A stretch of DNA of 64,000 nt from an uncultured Eubacteriales bacterium (GTDB lineage Bacteria; Bacillota; Clostridia; Oscillospirales; CAG-272): the NCBI GenBank assembly GCA_934432725.1, contig CAKRZE010000001.1, positions 9,945-73,944 on the forward strand. The letters are read 5' to 3'. The number at the start of each line of letters is the position of its first letter. The first letter of the stretch is position 1. This document shows positions 48,040 through 58,471 of this stretch, one piece after another. A program made the position numbers and the translations under genes. Below the pieces are notes generated by a model that did not search any database, was not told the origin of the DNA, and worked only from the letters and a program-made list of their open reading frames with translations.

Positions 48040-48920
48040 GCAAAATCAGTGTAAATAACGTCAGTTATATATACAGCAAGGATACACCGTTCATGAAAAA
48101 GGCATTGGACGATGTTTCCGTTGCGATCGAAGAAAACAGAATCACCGGGCTGATCGGGCATACGGGCTGCGGCAAATCAACGCTTGTGCAGCTGTTGAAC
48201 GGCTTGCTCAAGCCGGATGCGGGTGAGATTCTTCTGGACGGACAGAATATCTGGGCTGATCCGAAAAAAATTGCCGATATCCGGTTCCGCATCGGGATCG
48301 TGTTTCAATACCCGGAATATCAGCTTTTTGAAGAAACCGTATGGGCGGATATCGCGTTCGGTCCGCGCAATATGGGACTGTCGGGAGATGAGATCAAACG
48401 CCGCGTAGAGGAGGCAGCTCTGTTTGCGGGGCTTGATCCGGCGCTGCTGCAAAAATCCCCGTTTGATCTTTCGGGCGGGCAGAAAAGGCGCGCTGCGGTC
48501 GCCGGGGTCATGGCAATGGAGCCGGAGGTTCTGATTCTGGACGAGCCCGCTGCCGGACTTGATCCGCTCGGACGCGAAGAGATTCTCGGCGGTATCCGGA
48601 CATACCAGCGTCAGAAGAGGAGCACGGTCGTCATTGTCAGCCACAGCATGGAGGACATGGCAAGGTATGCGGATGAGCTTATCGTTCTGGAGCACGGCAG
48701 GGTATATATGACCGGAAGCTGCCGGGAGGTGTTCCGCCGGGCGGGCGATCTGACGGCGGTCGGACTTGACATTCCGCAGATCACGCGCTTTATGCGTCTG
48801 CTTCAGGCAAAGGGCGCGCCTGTGAGAACGGATATTTTTACAGTGGAAGAAGCAAAGGATGAAATTGTGCGCGTTCTTTCCGCACAGAGAAAAAAATCGG
48901 CGGGAGGCGGTGCGAAATGA
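48036..48920 (+). CDS. ecfA2: energy-coupling factor transporter ATPase EcfA2
   Basis: Walker A GHTGCGKST, LSGGQKRRAAVAG and ILDEPAAGLDP are present. A 4-nt overlap with the preceding gene indicates translational coupling. Confidence 0.9.
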   Translation: MSKISVNNVSYIYSKDTPFMKKALDDVSVAIEENRITGLIGHTGCGKSTLVQLLNGLLKPDAGEILLDGQNIWADPKKIADIRFRIGIVFQYPEYQLFEETVWADIAFGPRNMGLSGDEIKRRVEEAALFAGLDPALLQKSPFDLSGGQKRRAAVAGVMAMEPEVLILDEPAAGLDPLGREEILGGIRTYQRQKRSTVVIVSHSMEDMARYADELIVLEHGRVYMTGSCREVFRRAGDLTAVGLDIPQITRFMRLLQAKGAPVRTDIFTVEEAKDEIVRVLSAQRKKSAGGGAK

Positions 48921-49738
48921 TTACGGATATTACGCTCGGTCAGTATTTTCCCGGCACCTCGCCGATTCACCGTCTGGACCCGCGCGTCAAGATTATTTTG
49001 ACAATTCTGTATATCACCGTGATTTTTCTTGCCAAAAACGTCTGGAGCTTTGCATTTCTTTTGGCGGTCACGGCAGTGATGATCCTGATTTCAAGAATTC
49101 CGCTCCGGCTGATCCTGAAGGGCTTGAAGCCTCTGATCTTCATTATCGCGTTTACGGCTGTTGTCAACATTTTCTGGACAACCGGAGAAAAACCGCTTGT
49201 TTCCTGGTGGATTATTCAGATCTATCCGGAGGGACTGATGTTCGGCGCGCTGATGATTGTCCGTGTCGTTGCCATGCTGGCGGGAACCAGTGTGCTTCTG
49301 ACGTATACAACGTCTCCGATCGCCTTGACCGACGGTCTGGAGCGGCTTTTGTACCCGCTGAGCTTTTTGCATATGCCGGTGCATGAATTTTCCATGATGA
49401 TGACCCTTGCACTTCGCTTTGTTCCGACTCTGGTGGAGGAAACCGACAAAATCATGAAGGCGCAGATGGCACGCGGAGTGGATTTCAAACGCGGAAGTCT
49501 CGTGAATCGGGTCAAGGCGCTGATTCCGATCATGATCCCTTTGTTTGTTTCGGCGTTTCGCCGTGCCGGGGAGCTTGCGGTAGCCATGGAATGCCGCTGC
49601 TATCGCGGCGGAGAGGGCAGGACCCGCATGACACAGCATAAAATCACGGCGGCGGATATTGCCGCGCTCCTTCTGCTTGTTCTTGTCGGAGCTGCGACCG
49701 TTCTGATTAACAGGTTTGCACCGGGGTTCACCATATGA
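48917..49738 (+). CDS. ecfT: energy-coupling factor transporter transmembrane protein EcfT
   Basis: Polytopic CbiQ-type protein with IHRLDPRVK near the N-terminus and the ARG...R coupling motifs (MARGVDFKRG). It has 4-nt overlaps with both neighbours. Confidence 0.88.
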   Translation: MITDITLGQYFPGTSPIHRLDPRVKIILTILYITVIFLAKNVWSFAFLLAVTAVMILISRIPLRLILKGLKPLIFIIAFTAVVNIFWTTGEKPLVSWWIIQIYPEGLMFGALMIVRVVAMLAGTSVLLTYTTSPIALTDGLERLLYPLSFLHMPVHEFSMMMTLALRFVPTLVEETDKIMKAQMARGVDFKRGSLVNRVKALIPIMIPLFVSAFRRAGELAVAMECRCYRGGEGRTRMTQHKITAADIAALLLLVLVGAATVLINRFAPGFTI

Positions 49739-50502
49739 AGCTGGTTTTGCGTCTTTCGTATGTAGGAACCGGGTTTCACGGCTTTCAGGTACAGCCGGGC
49801 GGGGTCAGGACCGTTCAGAAAACGGTGCAGGACGCTGTCGGCATGCTGTACGGAGAGCGATATGCGGTGACAGGCTGCTCCCGCACGGACAGCGGCGTGC
49901 ATGCCAGGGAGTTTTTTCTGACGGTGGATGCCGGAGAGGACTCCTTGAAAATTCCGTGCGCGAGACTTCCCGCAGCAATGAACCGCTATTTGCCGGATGA
50001 TGTGGCTGTCACGGGAGCGGCGCTTGCGGGAGATGATTTTCATCCGCGCTACAGCGTTTTGGAAAAAGAGTATATTTACCTGATTGACCATGGGAGCGCA
50101 AGAAATCCGTTTCTCTGCGGAAGAGCGCTGTTTTATCCGAAGCCTCTGCATCCGGACAGAATGCGTCAGGCTGCTTCCGCGTTCTGCGGAAGGCATGACT
50201 TTTCAGCCTTCATGGCTTCCGGCTCCGATGTGACCGATACTGTCCGGACGGTAAAGGCAGCGGAGGTTGCGGACGAGGGGGATATCCTTCGTTTTTCGGT
50301 GACTGCCGACGGATTTTTATACAACATGGTCCGCATCATGGTCGGGACTCTGCTTGCGGTTTCCGAGGGAAAGACGGCGGCGGAAGAGATCCCGCAAATT
50401 CTTTCATCTCGCGACCGTAGGCTTGCGGGACGCACCGCACCGCCGGACGGGCTGTATCTGAACCGCGTCCGGTATCCTGCGGGGCTTTTTGAGATGGAAT
50501 AA
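49735..50502 (+). CDS. truA: tRNA pseudouridine(38-40) synthase TruA
   Basis: LSYVGTGFHGFQVQPG, catalytic GCSRTDSGVHA and FLYNMVRIMVGTL are present. Confidence 0.93.
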   Translation: MKLVLRLSYVGTGFHGFQVQPGGVRTVQKTVQDAVGMLYGERYAVTGCSRTDSGVHAREFFLTVDAGEDSLKIPCARLPAAMNRYLPDDVAVTGAALAGDDFHPRYSVLEKEYIYLIDHGSARNPFLCGRALFYPKPLHPDRMRQAASAFCGRHDFSAFMASGSDVTDTVRTVKAAEVADEGDILRFSVTADGFLYNMVRIMVGTLLAVSEGKTAAEEIPQILSSRDRRLAGRTAPPDGLYLNRVRYPAGLFEME

Positions 50503-50612
50503 CAGGCAAGGCGCGCTGTCGGTCTGCACATGCGCGATGGATCACGCGCAGCGCAGAGCAGACAGAACGGCAGGGCTTAAACCGCATAGCAGAAAGGAAG
50601 GGGAGACGGGGC

Positions 50613-51926
50613 ATGAAGCAAGACAAACCGAACAGTGAGCCGACCTCCGACCACGGTAAAATCGTGAAGGAAGCGGCACAGCCCATACCTTCGGATCCGG
50701 CATATCGGATCCGGCAGCGGCACACATATGAGAATCCATATTATCTCAGTATTTCGACAAAGCTGAAATGGGTTAAATTTGTCGTAGTGGTCTTTACGGT
50801 CGTTTTCTTTCTGATTATGATCTCGGTGTTCCGGAAAGATATCACGGTGGAGAAATTCCGGTATTTTTTCCGTGATCTGAATCTGAATTCGCCGAAATAT
50901 ACGGAAGAATTTTCTTCGATTCAGTATGACAGCGCCGCAGGCTCCTCCTATGGGAAATTCCGGGATTATTTTGTGATCGTCCGCCCGGGAGAGACGCTTT
51001 TGTACAATTCTTCCGGCATCCGCTCGCTTCAGCTGACCAACACCTTTTACAATCCGTATCTTCTGACGTCGGAAAACACTTTTCTTGTTTATGATATGGG
51101 AGAAACGTCCGGTGCATATACTGTATACAATGCGTTTTCCGCTTTGAAGAGCGTAAAATGCGACTATCCGGTCAGCGGTGCGGCAATGAGCCGGAACGGC
51201 ATGTATGCCATCCTGACAAGATCGGCGGAATATAAGAGCGTTGTCGAGGTATACGATGAAAGCTCGGAGCTGATCTGTCGGATATCCAAGGACAAATATG
51301 TCATGGGACTGGCGCTTTCTCCGGACGGAATGAAGCTGGCGCTTGTGTCGGTATCGGATGAAGGCGGGTTCTGGGTGTCTGAGGTCGGAGTTTACGACCC
51401 GTTTGAATCGCAGCCGCTGTATTCCGAAACCTTTGAGGGGAAAATGCTGTATGACTGCCGGATAACCTCAGACGGTTATATGCAGCTTTCATCGGACGAA
51501 GGGGTTCTGTTCTACGATGCCTCCTATCAGAAAACCTCGGAATTTTCGTATAACGGAAACATTCCGGTTGCGGCGTATGCCGACGGAGCGTATCTTTCGG
51601 TCGTCTTCAATAAAACCGTGCTCGGAAACGAAAAAAATGTGCAGATTATGGATACGGCTGGGAAAAAGCTTTGGGAGGGGACCGTCACCGGTCAGCTGAA
51701 GCATGCCGTTTCGGGGGAGGATTGTGTTTATCTTCTTTTGGAGGACACGGTTTTGCGGATAGACTGTATGCGGGGCGAAAAAGAGTCCGTTCCGATTTCG
51801 AAAAACTGTCAGCAGCTGGTTTTATGGAGCGGTCAGCGTCTGATGTGCTGCTATGCCAATTATGCGGAATCAATCTCAGGAGCACCGTCCCTGGGTGAGG
51901 ATACAGATACGCAGGCTGCACCGTAA
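50613..51926 (+). CDS. membrane-anchored hypothetical protein with beta-propeller-like repeats (resembles the DUF5711 family)
   Basis: The RBS AAGGGGAG precedes ATG 50613. There is an N-terminal cytoplasmic tail, one TM segment (FVVVVFTVVFFLIMISVF) and a repetitive beta-rich ectodomain. The family name is from memory only. Confidence 0.5.
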   Translation: MKQDKPNSEPTSDHGKIVKEAAQPIPSDPAYRIRQRHTYENPYYLSISTKLKWVKFVVVVFTVVFFLIMISVFRKDITVEKFRYFFRDLNLNSPKYTEEFSSIQYDSAAGSSYGKFRDYFVIVRPGETLLYNSSGIRSLQLTNTFYNPYLLTSENTFLVYDMGETSGAYTVYNAFSALKSVKCDYPVSGAAMSRNGMYAILTRSAEYKSVVEVYDESSELICRISKDKYVMGLALSPDGMKLALVSVSDEGGFWVSEVGVYDPFESQPLYSETFEGKMLYDCRITSDGYMQLSSDEGVLFYDASYQKTSEFSYNGNIPVAAYADGAYLSVVFNKTVLGNEKNVQIMDTAGKKLWEGTVTGQLKHAVSGEDCVYLLLEDTVLRIDCMRGEKESVPISKNCQQLVLWSGQRLMCCYANYAESISGAPSLGEDTDTQAAP

Positions 51927-51979
51927 GCTCGCTTTTGCAGACGTTTTATCCAATCAATATGAAAGAGAGGATTTCCCAT

Positions 51980-52702
51980 ATGGCATTTATTCTGGACGCT
52001 GTCATTATTGCGATCATTGCCGCAGGCTTTATAATCGGCTGGAACCGGGGATTTGTAAAGTCGGCAATGTCATTGCTGTCTTCCCTGATTGCGCTTGTTC
52101 TGGCATCGGTCTTTACGGAACGGACAGCTGCGTGGCTGAACGGGAAATATGTATATCCGTTTGTAAGCTCCAAGGTGGAGCAGGCGATCTCGGGTATTAC
52201 GGGTGCGGGAGAAAATGCGCTGGACGTGAATACCCTTTTACGGGATGCGCCGGAATCCTTCACGCGGCTTTTAAACACGTTTGGCATCCGTCTGGAAACC
52301 ATGAAGGCGGATCTTTCCTCCGCCATGGAAGCAGGCGGGGAGACCCTGAAAAAGGCGGTGATTGATTATATCGCTGCACCGGCATCGCGTGTGTTTTCGA
52401 CCGCGGTTGCTTTTCTGTTCCTGTTTCTGGTGTTTCTTCTTGTGCTGAAGCTTGTATCCCTTCTGCTTGAGGCTGTGATGCGGCTTCCGGTTCTGAAAAC
52501 AATGAACGCGTTTTTGGGGCTGGTATTCGGAGGGATAGCGGGAATTCTGATTGCTTGGGGCTTTTCGGCTGCGCTTGCGCGTCTGATGCCGACGCTCTCG
52601 GCGCTGTATCCGAATGCGGTCAGTGAGGCTACGGTGCAAAACACGGTGATTTTGCGGTTTTTGGCTGAAAACAGTATTATTACTGTCCTGAACCGCTTAT
52701 AA
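51980..52702 (+). CDS. cvpA: CvpA family membrane protein
   Basis: From ORF 51935..52702, start moved to ATG 51980 after AGAGAGGA. MAFILDAVIIAIIAAGFIIGWNRGFVKS is a typical CvpA N-terminus. The protein has 4 TM segments. Confidence 0.7.
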   Translation: MAFILDAVIIAIIAAGFIIGWNRGFVKSAMSLLSSLIALVLASVFTERTAAWLNGKYVYPFVSSKVEQAISGITGAGENALDVNTLLRDAPESFTRLLNTFGIRLETMKADLSSAMEAGGETLKKAVIDYIAAPASRVFSTAVAFLFLFLVFLLVLKLVSLLLEAVMRLPVLKTMNAFLGLVFGGIAGILIAWGFSAALARLMPTLSALYPNAVSEATVQNTVILRFLAENSIITVLNRL

Positions 52703-52731
52703 AACAGTTCGGTCAAAAAGGAGTACTTTTC

Positions 52732-55041
52732 ATGGAGTTGTGTTCAAGGTGTCACAAACGGATGCCGGTGGTATTCGTTTCGAAATTTGAAAACGGAAAA
52801 ATGGTCAACGAGGGGCTTTGCATCAAATGTGCGCGGGAGCTTGGCATCAAGCAGGTGGAAGCGGCGATTCAGCAGATGGGACTCTCGGATGAGGATATTG
52901 AGCGCATGAGCGCCGAGGTGGACCCGGAGGAGCTTCAGGCGGAAATCGATTCGCTGACGGCACAGAACGAGGAAAACGGCAAGGCGCCGGCAATGGATTT
53001 TTCCAAGTTATTCGGGAATATGATGGGGGCTTCCGCACCCTCCGGCTCCGAAACGGAGGAGCCGCAGAAAAACGGCATCGGAAAAAAGCAGAAGCAGGAC
53101 AAAAGCAGAAAGTTCCTTGACGCCTACTGCATGAACCTGACCGCCAAGGCGGCAGAGGGTAAGCTGGATGCCGTCATCGGCAGAGACCGGGAGCTGACGC
53201 GCGTGCTTCAGATTCTTTGCAGACGTCAGAAAAACAATCCCTGTCTGATCGGTGAGCCGGGAGTCGGCAAAACTGCGATTGCGGAGGCGCTTGCACAAAG
53301 GATTGTGGAGCACAAGGTGCCTTACAAGCTTGCGGATAAGGAGGTTTATCTGATGGACCTGACGGCGCTTGTCGCCGGAACGCAGTTCCGCGGTCAGTTC
53401 GAAACAAGAATGAAGGGACTGATTGAAGAGGTAAAAAAGCTTGGAAACATCCTTCTTGTCATCGATGAGGTTCATACCATTGCATCCGCCGGTGATGCGG
53501 AGGGAAGCATGAATGCCGCAAATATCCTCAAGCCCGCACTCTCCCGGGGAGAATTGCAGGTGATCGGCGCAACGACGCTGACGGAATACCGGAAGTATAT
53601 CGAAAAGGATGCGGCTTTGGAGCGCAGATTCCAGCCGATTGTCGTGGAGGAGCCTTCGGTCGAGGATACCTGTACGATGCTGACCGGAATCAAAAAGTAT
53701 TATGAGGATTTTCATAAGATCCGTATTCCGGATGCGGTCGTCCGCAATGCCGTCGTACTTTCCGAGCGGTATATCACCGACCGTTTCCTGCCGGACAAGG
53801 CAATTGACCTTTTGGATGAAGCGGCAGCGCATGTAGAGCTTGAAAATCCGTGCATCGGTGCTGCCGAACAGACAAAAAAGGAGCTGGAGGCTGCGATAGC
53901 GGAACGGGAAAAGCTTGAAAGCGAGAGCGAAAACACCACCGATGAGGCTGCTCTTCCGGAAAAATATCAGAAAATTGCCGATTTGCGGACCAAAGAGATC
54001 AATTTGCAGACCGAGCTTGACCGGCAGAATGCCGAAAAGGCTAAGCTGGAGCTGACGACAAACGACATTGCACAGGTGATCGAGGTCTGGACGGGAATCC
54101 CTGCATCCAGAATAACCGAAAACGAATTCCACAGGATCGATCGGCTTGAGGCAACCCTGAAGAGCAGAATCATCGGGCAGGATCAGGCGGTGGAGGCTGT
54201 CTCGCGTGCCATCAAACGGAACAGGGCGGGTGTGACCTCCAAGCGTAAGCCGGTATCCTTCATTTTTGCGGGTCCGACCGGTGTCGGAAAAACAGAGCTG
54301 GTCAAGCAGCTTTCGGCTGAACTGTTTGATTCTCCCGATGCGCTGATTCGGCTTGATATGTCGGAATATATGGAAAAGCATGCGGTGTCCCGCATGATCG
54401 GCTCTCCTCCCGGATATGTCGGCTATGACGATGCGGGACAGCTTACCGAGAAAGTCCGCCGTAAGCCGTATTCGGTTATTTTGCTGGATGAGATCGAAAA
54501 GGCGCATCCGGATGTGATGAATATCCTGCTCCAGATTCTGGATGACGGAAGAATCACGGATGCGCACGGCAAAACCGTTAATTTTGAAAATACCGTGATT
54601 GTGATGACCACCAATGTCGGCTCCGGTACCGGCACAATGGCTCCCGGCTTCGGCGGAAGCGAAGAGCTGAGAAACGAGGGCAAGACGGAAAAGGCGCTTT
54701 CGGAGTTTTTGCGTCCGGAGTTTTTGAACCGCGTCGATGGGGTTATCACCTTCCGTTCGCTGGATGAAAGCGATTTTGAGAAAATCGCGGTTCTGATGCT
54801 GAACGAGCTGAAAAGCACGCTTGCGGAAAGAGAGATCCGGTTTGCATTCACAGAGGCGGCTTCAAAGCAGATTGCCAAGAATTCCTTCAGCCGGAAATAC
54901 GGCGCGCGAAATATGCGCCGCTATATTCAGCGTGAGGTGGAGGATCAGATCGCCAATCGTTTGATTGGAAGCTATGACAAGGATATCGGGCTGATCTCCT
55001 TGGATGCGGAGGACGGAAAACTGGTAATTGCCTGCATCTGA
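52732..55041 (+). CDS. Clp/Hsp100-type double AAA+ ATPase (ClpA/ClpC-like) with an N-terminal 4-Cys zinc-ribbon-like segment
   Basis: Walker A motifs are GEPGVGKT (D1) and GPTGVGKT (D2). LERRFQPI, a short coiled-coil middle region and a PGF loop are present. The N-terminus is CSRC...(22 aa)...CIKC instead of Clp_N repeats. Confidence 0.85.
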   Translation: MELCSRCHKRMPVVFVSKFENGKMVNEGLCIKCARELGIKQVEAAIQQMGLSDEDIERMSAEVDPEELQAEIDSLTAQNEENGKAPAMDFSKLFGNMMGASAPSGSETEEPQKNGIGKKQKQDKSRKFLDAYCMNLTAKAAEGKLDAVIGRDRELTRVLQILCRRQKNNPCLIGEPGVGKTAIAEALAQRIVEHKVPYKLADKEVYLMDLTALVAGTQFRGQFETRMKGLIEEVKKLGNILLVIDEVHTIASAGDAEGSMNAANILKPALSRGELQVIGATTLTEYRKYIEKDAALERRFQPIVVEEPSVEDTCTMLTGIKKYYEDFHKIRIPDAVVRNAVVLSERYITDRFLPDKAIDLLDEAAAHVELENPCIGAAEQTKKELEAAIAEREKLESESENTTDEAALPEKYQKIADLRTKEINLQTELDRQNAEKAKLELTTNDIAQVIEVWTGIPASRITENEFHRIDRLEATLKSRIIGQDQAVEAVSRAIKRNRAGVTSKRKPVSFIFAGPTGVGKTELVKQLSAELFDSPDALIRLDMSEYMEKHAVSRMIGSPPGYVGYDDAGQLTEKVRRKPYSVILLDEIEKAHPDVMNILLQILDDGRITDAHGKTVNFENTVIVMTTNVGSGTGTMAPGFGGSEELRNEGKTEKALSEFLRPEFLNRVDGVITFRSLDESDFEKIAVLMLNELKSTLAEREIRFAFTEAASKQIAKNSFSRKYGARNMRRYIQREVEDQIANRLIGSYDKDIGLISLDAEDGKLVIACI

Positions 55042-55058
55042 GATCGGAAAGGAAGCAT

Positions 55059-57869
55059 ATGACAGAGCGATGGTATGACAAGGGAATCCGTCAGGTTGAG
55101 ACGATTCTGGGGACGGATTCCCGCACCGGACTGAAAAACAGTGAAGCAAAGCGCCGCAGAAGGTCCGGAAAAAATGACATTTATAAGCTTCCGCGGACAT
55201 CTTTTCTGTCTTATCTGAAGCATATTCTCACCGATTATACAGCCATTCTTCTTTTGCTGACCGTTTTGACAGCCGTGATATTCGAGCGTGTTTATTCCTT
55301 GCTTGCGGCTTTGGCTCTTTTGATTTTGTACTATGCCGCCGTGATTTTCTCCTATGTTAAGGCGCAGCGTGTTCTGGAGGGAATGGCATATTACGCGCTT
55401 CCGAACGCAAAGGTGATGCGTGAGGGAAAGCTCTATATGATGAAGCAGGAGCAGCTTGTACAGGGAGATGTGATTTTTCTGACGGCGGGCGATATTGTTC
55501 CCTGCGATGCACGGATTGTCGAAGCCGAGGATCTGGAAGCGCTTGAAACGGGCTTGACGGGAGTAACCCGCGCAGTCCGGAAGAGAGCTGACTTTACCGC
55601 GCAGGGGGATATTCCTCCCTCCGCGCAGAAAAATATGCTGTTCGCCTCTACAATCCTGACCGCAGGGCATGCAAAAGCGGTAGCGTGTGCGGTCGGCTCT
55701 GAAACGCTTGTCTGCAAAATGCAGAAAAATCAGCCGATCATTTCCCATGACCGGCTTGAGGTTTTGACCGAGCTGAAAACAGGCGGGCGCCGCTGCTCTC
55801 TTGCGATGAGCATCCTGATTTTTCTCGTTACGGTGCTGGATTTGTTTTTGCAGCATAATACACTGATCGATACGTTTCTGACGTCTCTTTCGCTTGCGGT
55901 ATCCTCCATGAGCGAGTTTTTTGCTGCGTTCGGGTTCATTATTGTCGCCTGCGGCATATTCGGCGCAGTAAAGAAGTATAAGGATGTCAATTCCGGCGCA
56001 CTGATCAAGAATACGGACAAGCTTGCCGTTCTGAGAAAAATCACCTGTCTGGTTTTGCCGAAGGACGGTGTCTTCACGGTGCGCGGCGGGAAGATCGACC
56101 GTGTCTATGCGAACGGAGATGTGCATATCGCCGGAGAGCACGGATTTGAGAAGAATGCGGCGCAGACGGTGCGCTATGCGCTTTTGTCCACCGGACTTTA
56201 CGGAGGAAGCCGCTTGATTGAAAACAATCAGCGCTATGAAAACGTCTATTCCAAGGAAGAGGAATGCATCATCCGTCTTGCGGAGCAGATGGGAATCTAC
56301 AATATCAGTCTGGAGCAGAAGTATCCGCTTCTGGATCACAGGGTGGCAGATAAGACCAACCCGTTTGAAACCTCGCTGTTCCGTCATGAGGACGGCTTTG
56401 TGGTGGCACTGCGCGGAAGACCGGCGCAGATTATCCGCAACGCATCCTTCTACTGTGAATACGGCAGGCTTTTTCCGATGACGGACGAGATCCGGAGAGA
56501 TCTTCTGATCTCGGCGGAGCTTTTGGAAAAGCAGGCATACCGCGTTCTTGCCGTTGCGTCCAAGAGCGTTCCGTATTCCACGCTTGTGCGCATGAGCGCC
56601 TGTCAATCCGATGTGATATTTGAGGGCATGGTCGCAATGAAGGAGCCTGCGCTGTCCGGTGCGGCGAAGATTGCTGCAAAATGCGCGGCTGCCGGTATTA
56701 AGGTAATTATGCTTTCCGATGATGTTTCCGATACCAGCGTTCATTTTGCCGAGGCTGCGGGCATCATTGAAGGACCGGAGCAGGCCTTGACCGGGGCGGG
56801 GATGAACGATATGCGCGAAGGCATTTTTCGGGCGGATCTTGACCGGTACCGGCTGTATCAGGGGCTGAATCTTGCGCAGAAGCGAAAGCTTTTGGAGTGT
56901 CTGAAGGAGGACGGAGAAACGGTCGGGGTACTCGGCAGAGAGCTTGATGAAATTATTTTGCTCAAGGAAGCGGACGTCGGTTTTTCCCAGAGCATGACCA
57001 TTTCCGAACGTGCGGGGAAAAACGGAGTCGATCTGACAAGCCGCAGCATTCCGGTATATGCAAGAAACGGAAAAGGAAGTGCCCGGAACGGCTGCGAGGC
57101 GCTCAAATTTGTTTCGGATGTCATTGTATCGGAGGCGGACAAGGCGGGAAACGGAGGCTTTCATGCCGTCATCCGGTCTGTCCTTGCGGCAAAGGGAATC
57201 TATCTGAATCTGCGGCGCGTGTTTCACTATCTGATTACCGTTCAGACTGCGCGGCTGCTGATCGTTCTCTACGGTATCCTGAGCGGAACGGTGCTGCTTA
57301 ACCCGACGCAGATCCTGTATACCGGGCTTGTGATGGATTTTGCTGCGGTTCTGGTATTTGCCTTTGAGCGACCGGGCGAAGAGCTTTTAAAGGAACCGTG
57401 TGAAGCGGGCTCGGAGAACGATGCCGAACGGGCAAGGAGCAGGGAAGCCCTGCCGTTCGTCCTGTTCGGTATGCTTTGGGGCATCGCAGCGGTCATTCTG
57501 CCGCGCCTTGCGGGACAGGTCGGAGTCATCGGCTCAGATGCGCAAAGGATGTCTGCGGTTTTTATCGGATTTCTTCTGACACAATACGGGCTGGTGCTGA
57601 GCAGCAAACGGGAGCGTCTGTTTCAATTGCGGGATATTCGGATCAATCAGGCGTCGTTTGTGCTGTTTGTGCTGTTTGCCGGCTTTTTGGCGCTCGGCGT
57701 TTTCTGGAAGCCGTTTGGAGCACTGTTCGGCATCACGGCGATGCCGGCAGCGGTGTGGGGCATTACTCTTTTGGTCCCGGTACTCATGCTTGCGGTTTTC
57801 GAGATTTTTAAGCTTCTGAGGCGGCGTGAACGTCCGGAGAAAAAACATCTTGATTTTGACGGAGCATGA
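55059..57869 (+). CDS. P-type ATPase homologue (P2-like topology) with degenerate catalytic motifs
   Basis: It has a Cation_ATPase_N-like start (VETILGTDSRTGLKNSEAKRRRRSGKNDI), an A-domain (LVQGDVIFLTAGDIVPCDARIVE) and 8-10 TM segments. DKTGT is LPKDGVFT (56055-56078), TGES is TGVT, TGD is SDD and GDGxND is GRELDE. Confidence 0.75.
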   Translation: MTERWYDKGIRQVETILGTDSRTGLKNSEAKRRRRSGKNDIYKLPRTSFLSYLKHILTDYTAILLLLTVLTAVIFERVYSLLAALALLILYYAAVIFSYVKAQRVLEGMAYYALPNAKVMREGKLYMMKQEQLVQGDVIFLTAGDIVPCDARIVEAEDLEALETGLTGVTRAVRKRADFTAQGDIPPSAQKNMLFASTILTAGHAKAVACAVGSETLVCKMQKNQPIISHDRLEVLTELKTGGRRCSLAMSILIFLVTVLDLFLQHNTLIDTFLTSLSLAVSSMSEFFAAFGFIIVACGIFGAVKKYKDVNSGALIKNTDKLAVLRKITCLVLPKDGVFTVRGGKIDRVYANGDVHIAGEHGFEKNAAQTVRYALLSTGLYGGSRLIENNQRYENVYSKEEECIIRLAEQMGIYNISLEQKYPLLDHRVADKTNPFETSLFRHEDGFVVALRGRPAQIIRNASFYCEYGRLFPMTDEIRRDLLISAELLEKQAYRVLAVASKSVPYSTLVRMSACQSDVIFEGMVAMKEPALSGAAKIAAKCAAAGIKVIMLSDDVSDTSVHFAEAAGIIEGPEQALTGAGMNDMREGIFRADLDRYRLYQGLNLAQKRKLLECLKEDGETVGVLGRELDEIILLKEADVGFSQSMTISERAGKNGVDLTSRSIPVYARNGKGSARNGCEALKFVSDVIVSEADKAGNGGFHAVIRSVLAAKGIYLNLRRVFHYLITVQTARLLIVLYGILSGTVLLNPTQILYTGLVMDFAAVLVFAFERPGEELLKEPCEAGSENDAERARSREALPFVLFGMLWGIAAVILPRLAGQVGVIGSDAQRMSAVFIGFLLTQYGLVLSSKRERLFQLRDIRINQASFVLFVLFAGFLALGVFWKPFGALFGITAMPAAVWGITLLVPVLMLAVFEIFKLLRRRERPEKKHLDFDGA

Positions 57870-58231
57870 TTTGCTGCTTCGCTGCCCGAAAGCCGATGCG
57901 CGGCTTGCTTTTCCGGTATTTTCGTGTGCCCTAATTAAAATACCACCCCGACTTTGCCGTCCCTTCAGACCGACGCAGCAGCTGCGCCGACTGTGGGGAC
58001 GGTTTTTTATGGCGCAGGAGCAAGGCGGCTCCGGGTGTGCGTCATTTCGGCGGAAAAACGCAAGGCTCTTCGGGAGTGCCCCCTGCGGCAGGACAGATCA
58101 AAATGTGCTTTCCGTATGTCCCGAACGGCTGTCAAATCTGTTTGCACGTGCTGGCATGATGGATGTGATGGCGGCATCTGCAATGGTCAGAACGCTCCGC
58201 AGTTCTTTGCGGTCTGTTTCTCCCTCCCCCC

Positions 58232-58270
58232 AAAAAAGAGCCGCTTCCGATCGGAAAACGGCTCTTTTTA
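58232..58270. terminator. bidirectional hairpin terminator in the convergent spacer
   Basis: AAAAAGAGCCG-(cttccgatcggaaaa)-CGGCTCTTTTT, with the inner palindrome TTCCGATCGGAA. A and T runs flank both sides. Confidence 0.65.
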
Positions 58271-58471
58271 TAAAGATACAGCTGTGCGGGAAGTATTTTT
58301 GGGATGCGGAAAGCAAGCCTGCCGCCAGCCTTGCAGACGCTTCCGAAAAGCAAGCCGGAGGCGCCTCTCCCTCGTTCTTCGGAAAGCCCGGAGTCTGCCG
58401 GAGCCGCCGCACTGCCCCCGCTGCTGCACGAAATAGGGGAAAGGAGCTTGCTGACAGGAGCCTCCCGTGCC

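Noticed and set aside
54972-57227. Very long antisense ORFs: 54972..57227 (751 aa), and also 5161..6597, 7947..8858, 23526..25040, 30187..31131, 36957..38699, 38712..39749, 42711..43865, 46100..46975, 53008..54567, 58304..59632 and 60609..61403.
   Set aside because: Each lies opposite a gene with clear family motifs. Their translations are Arg/His/Pro/Gly-rich with no recognisable domains. This is the usual shadow-ORF artefact of GC-rich third codon positions.
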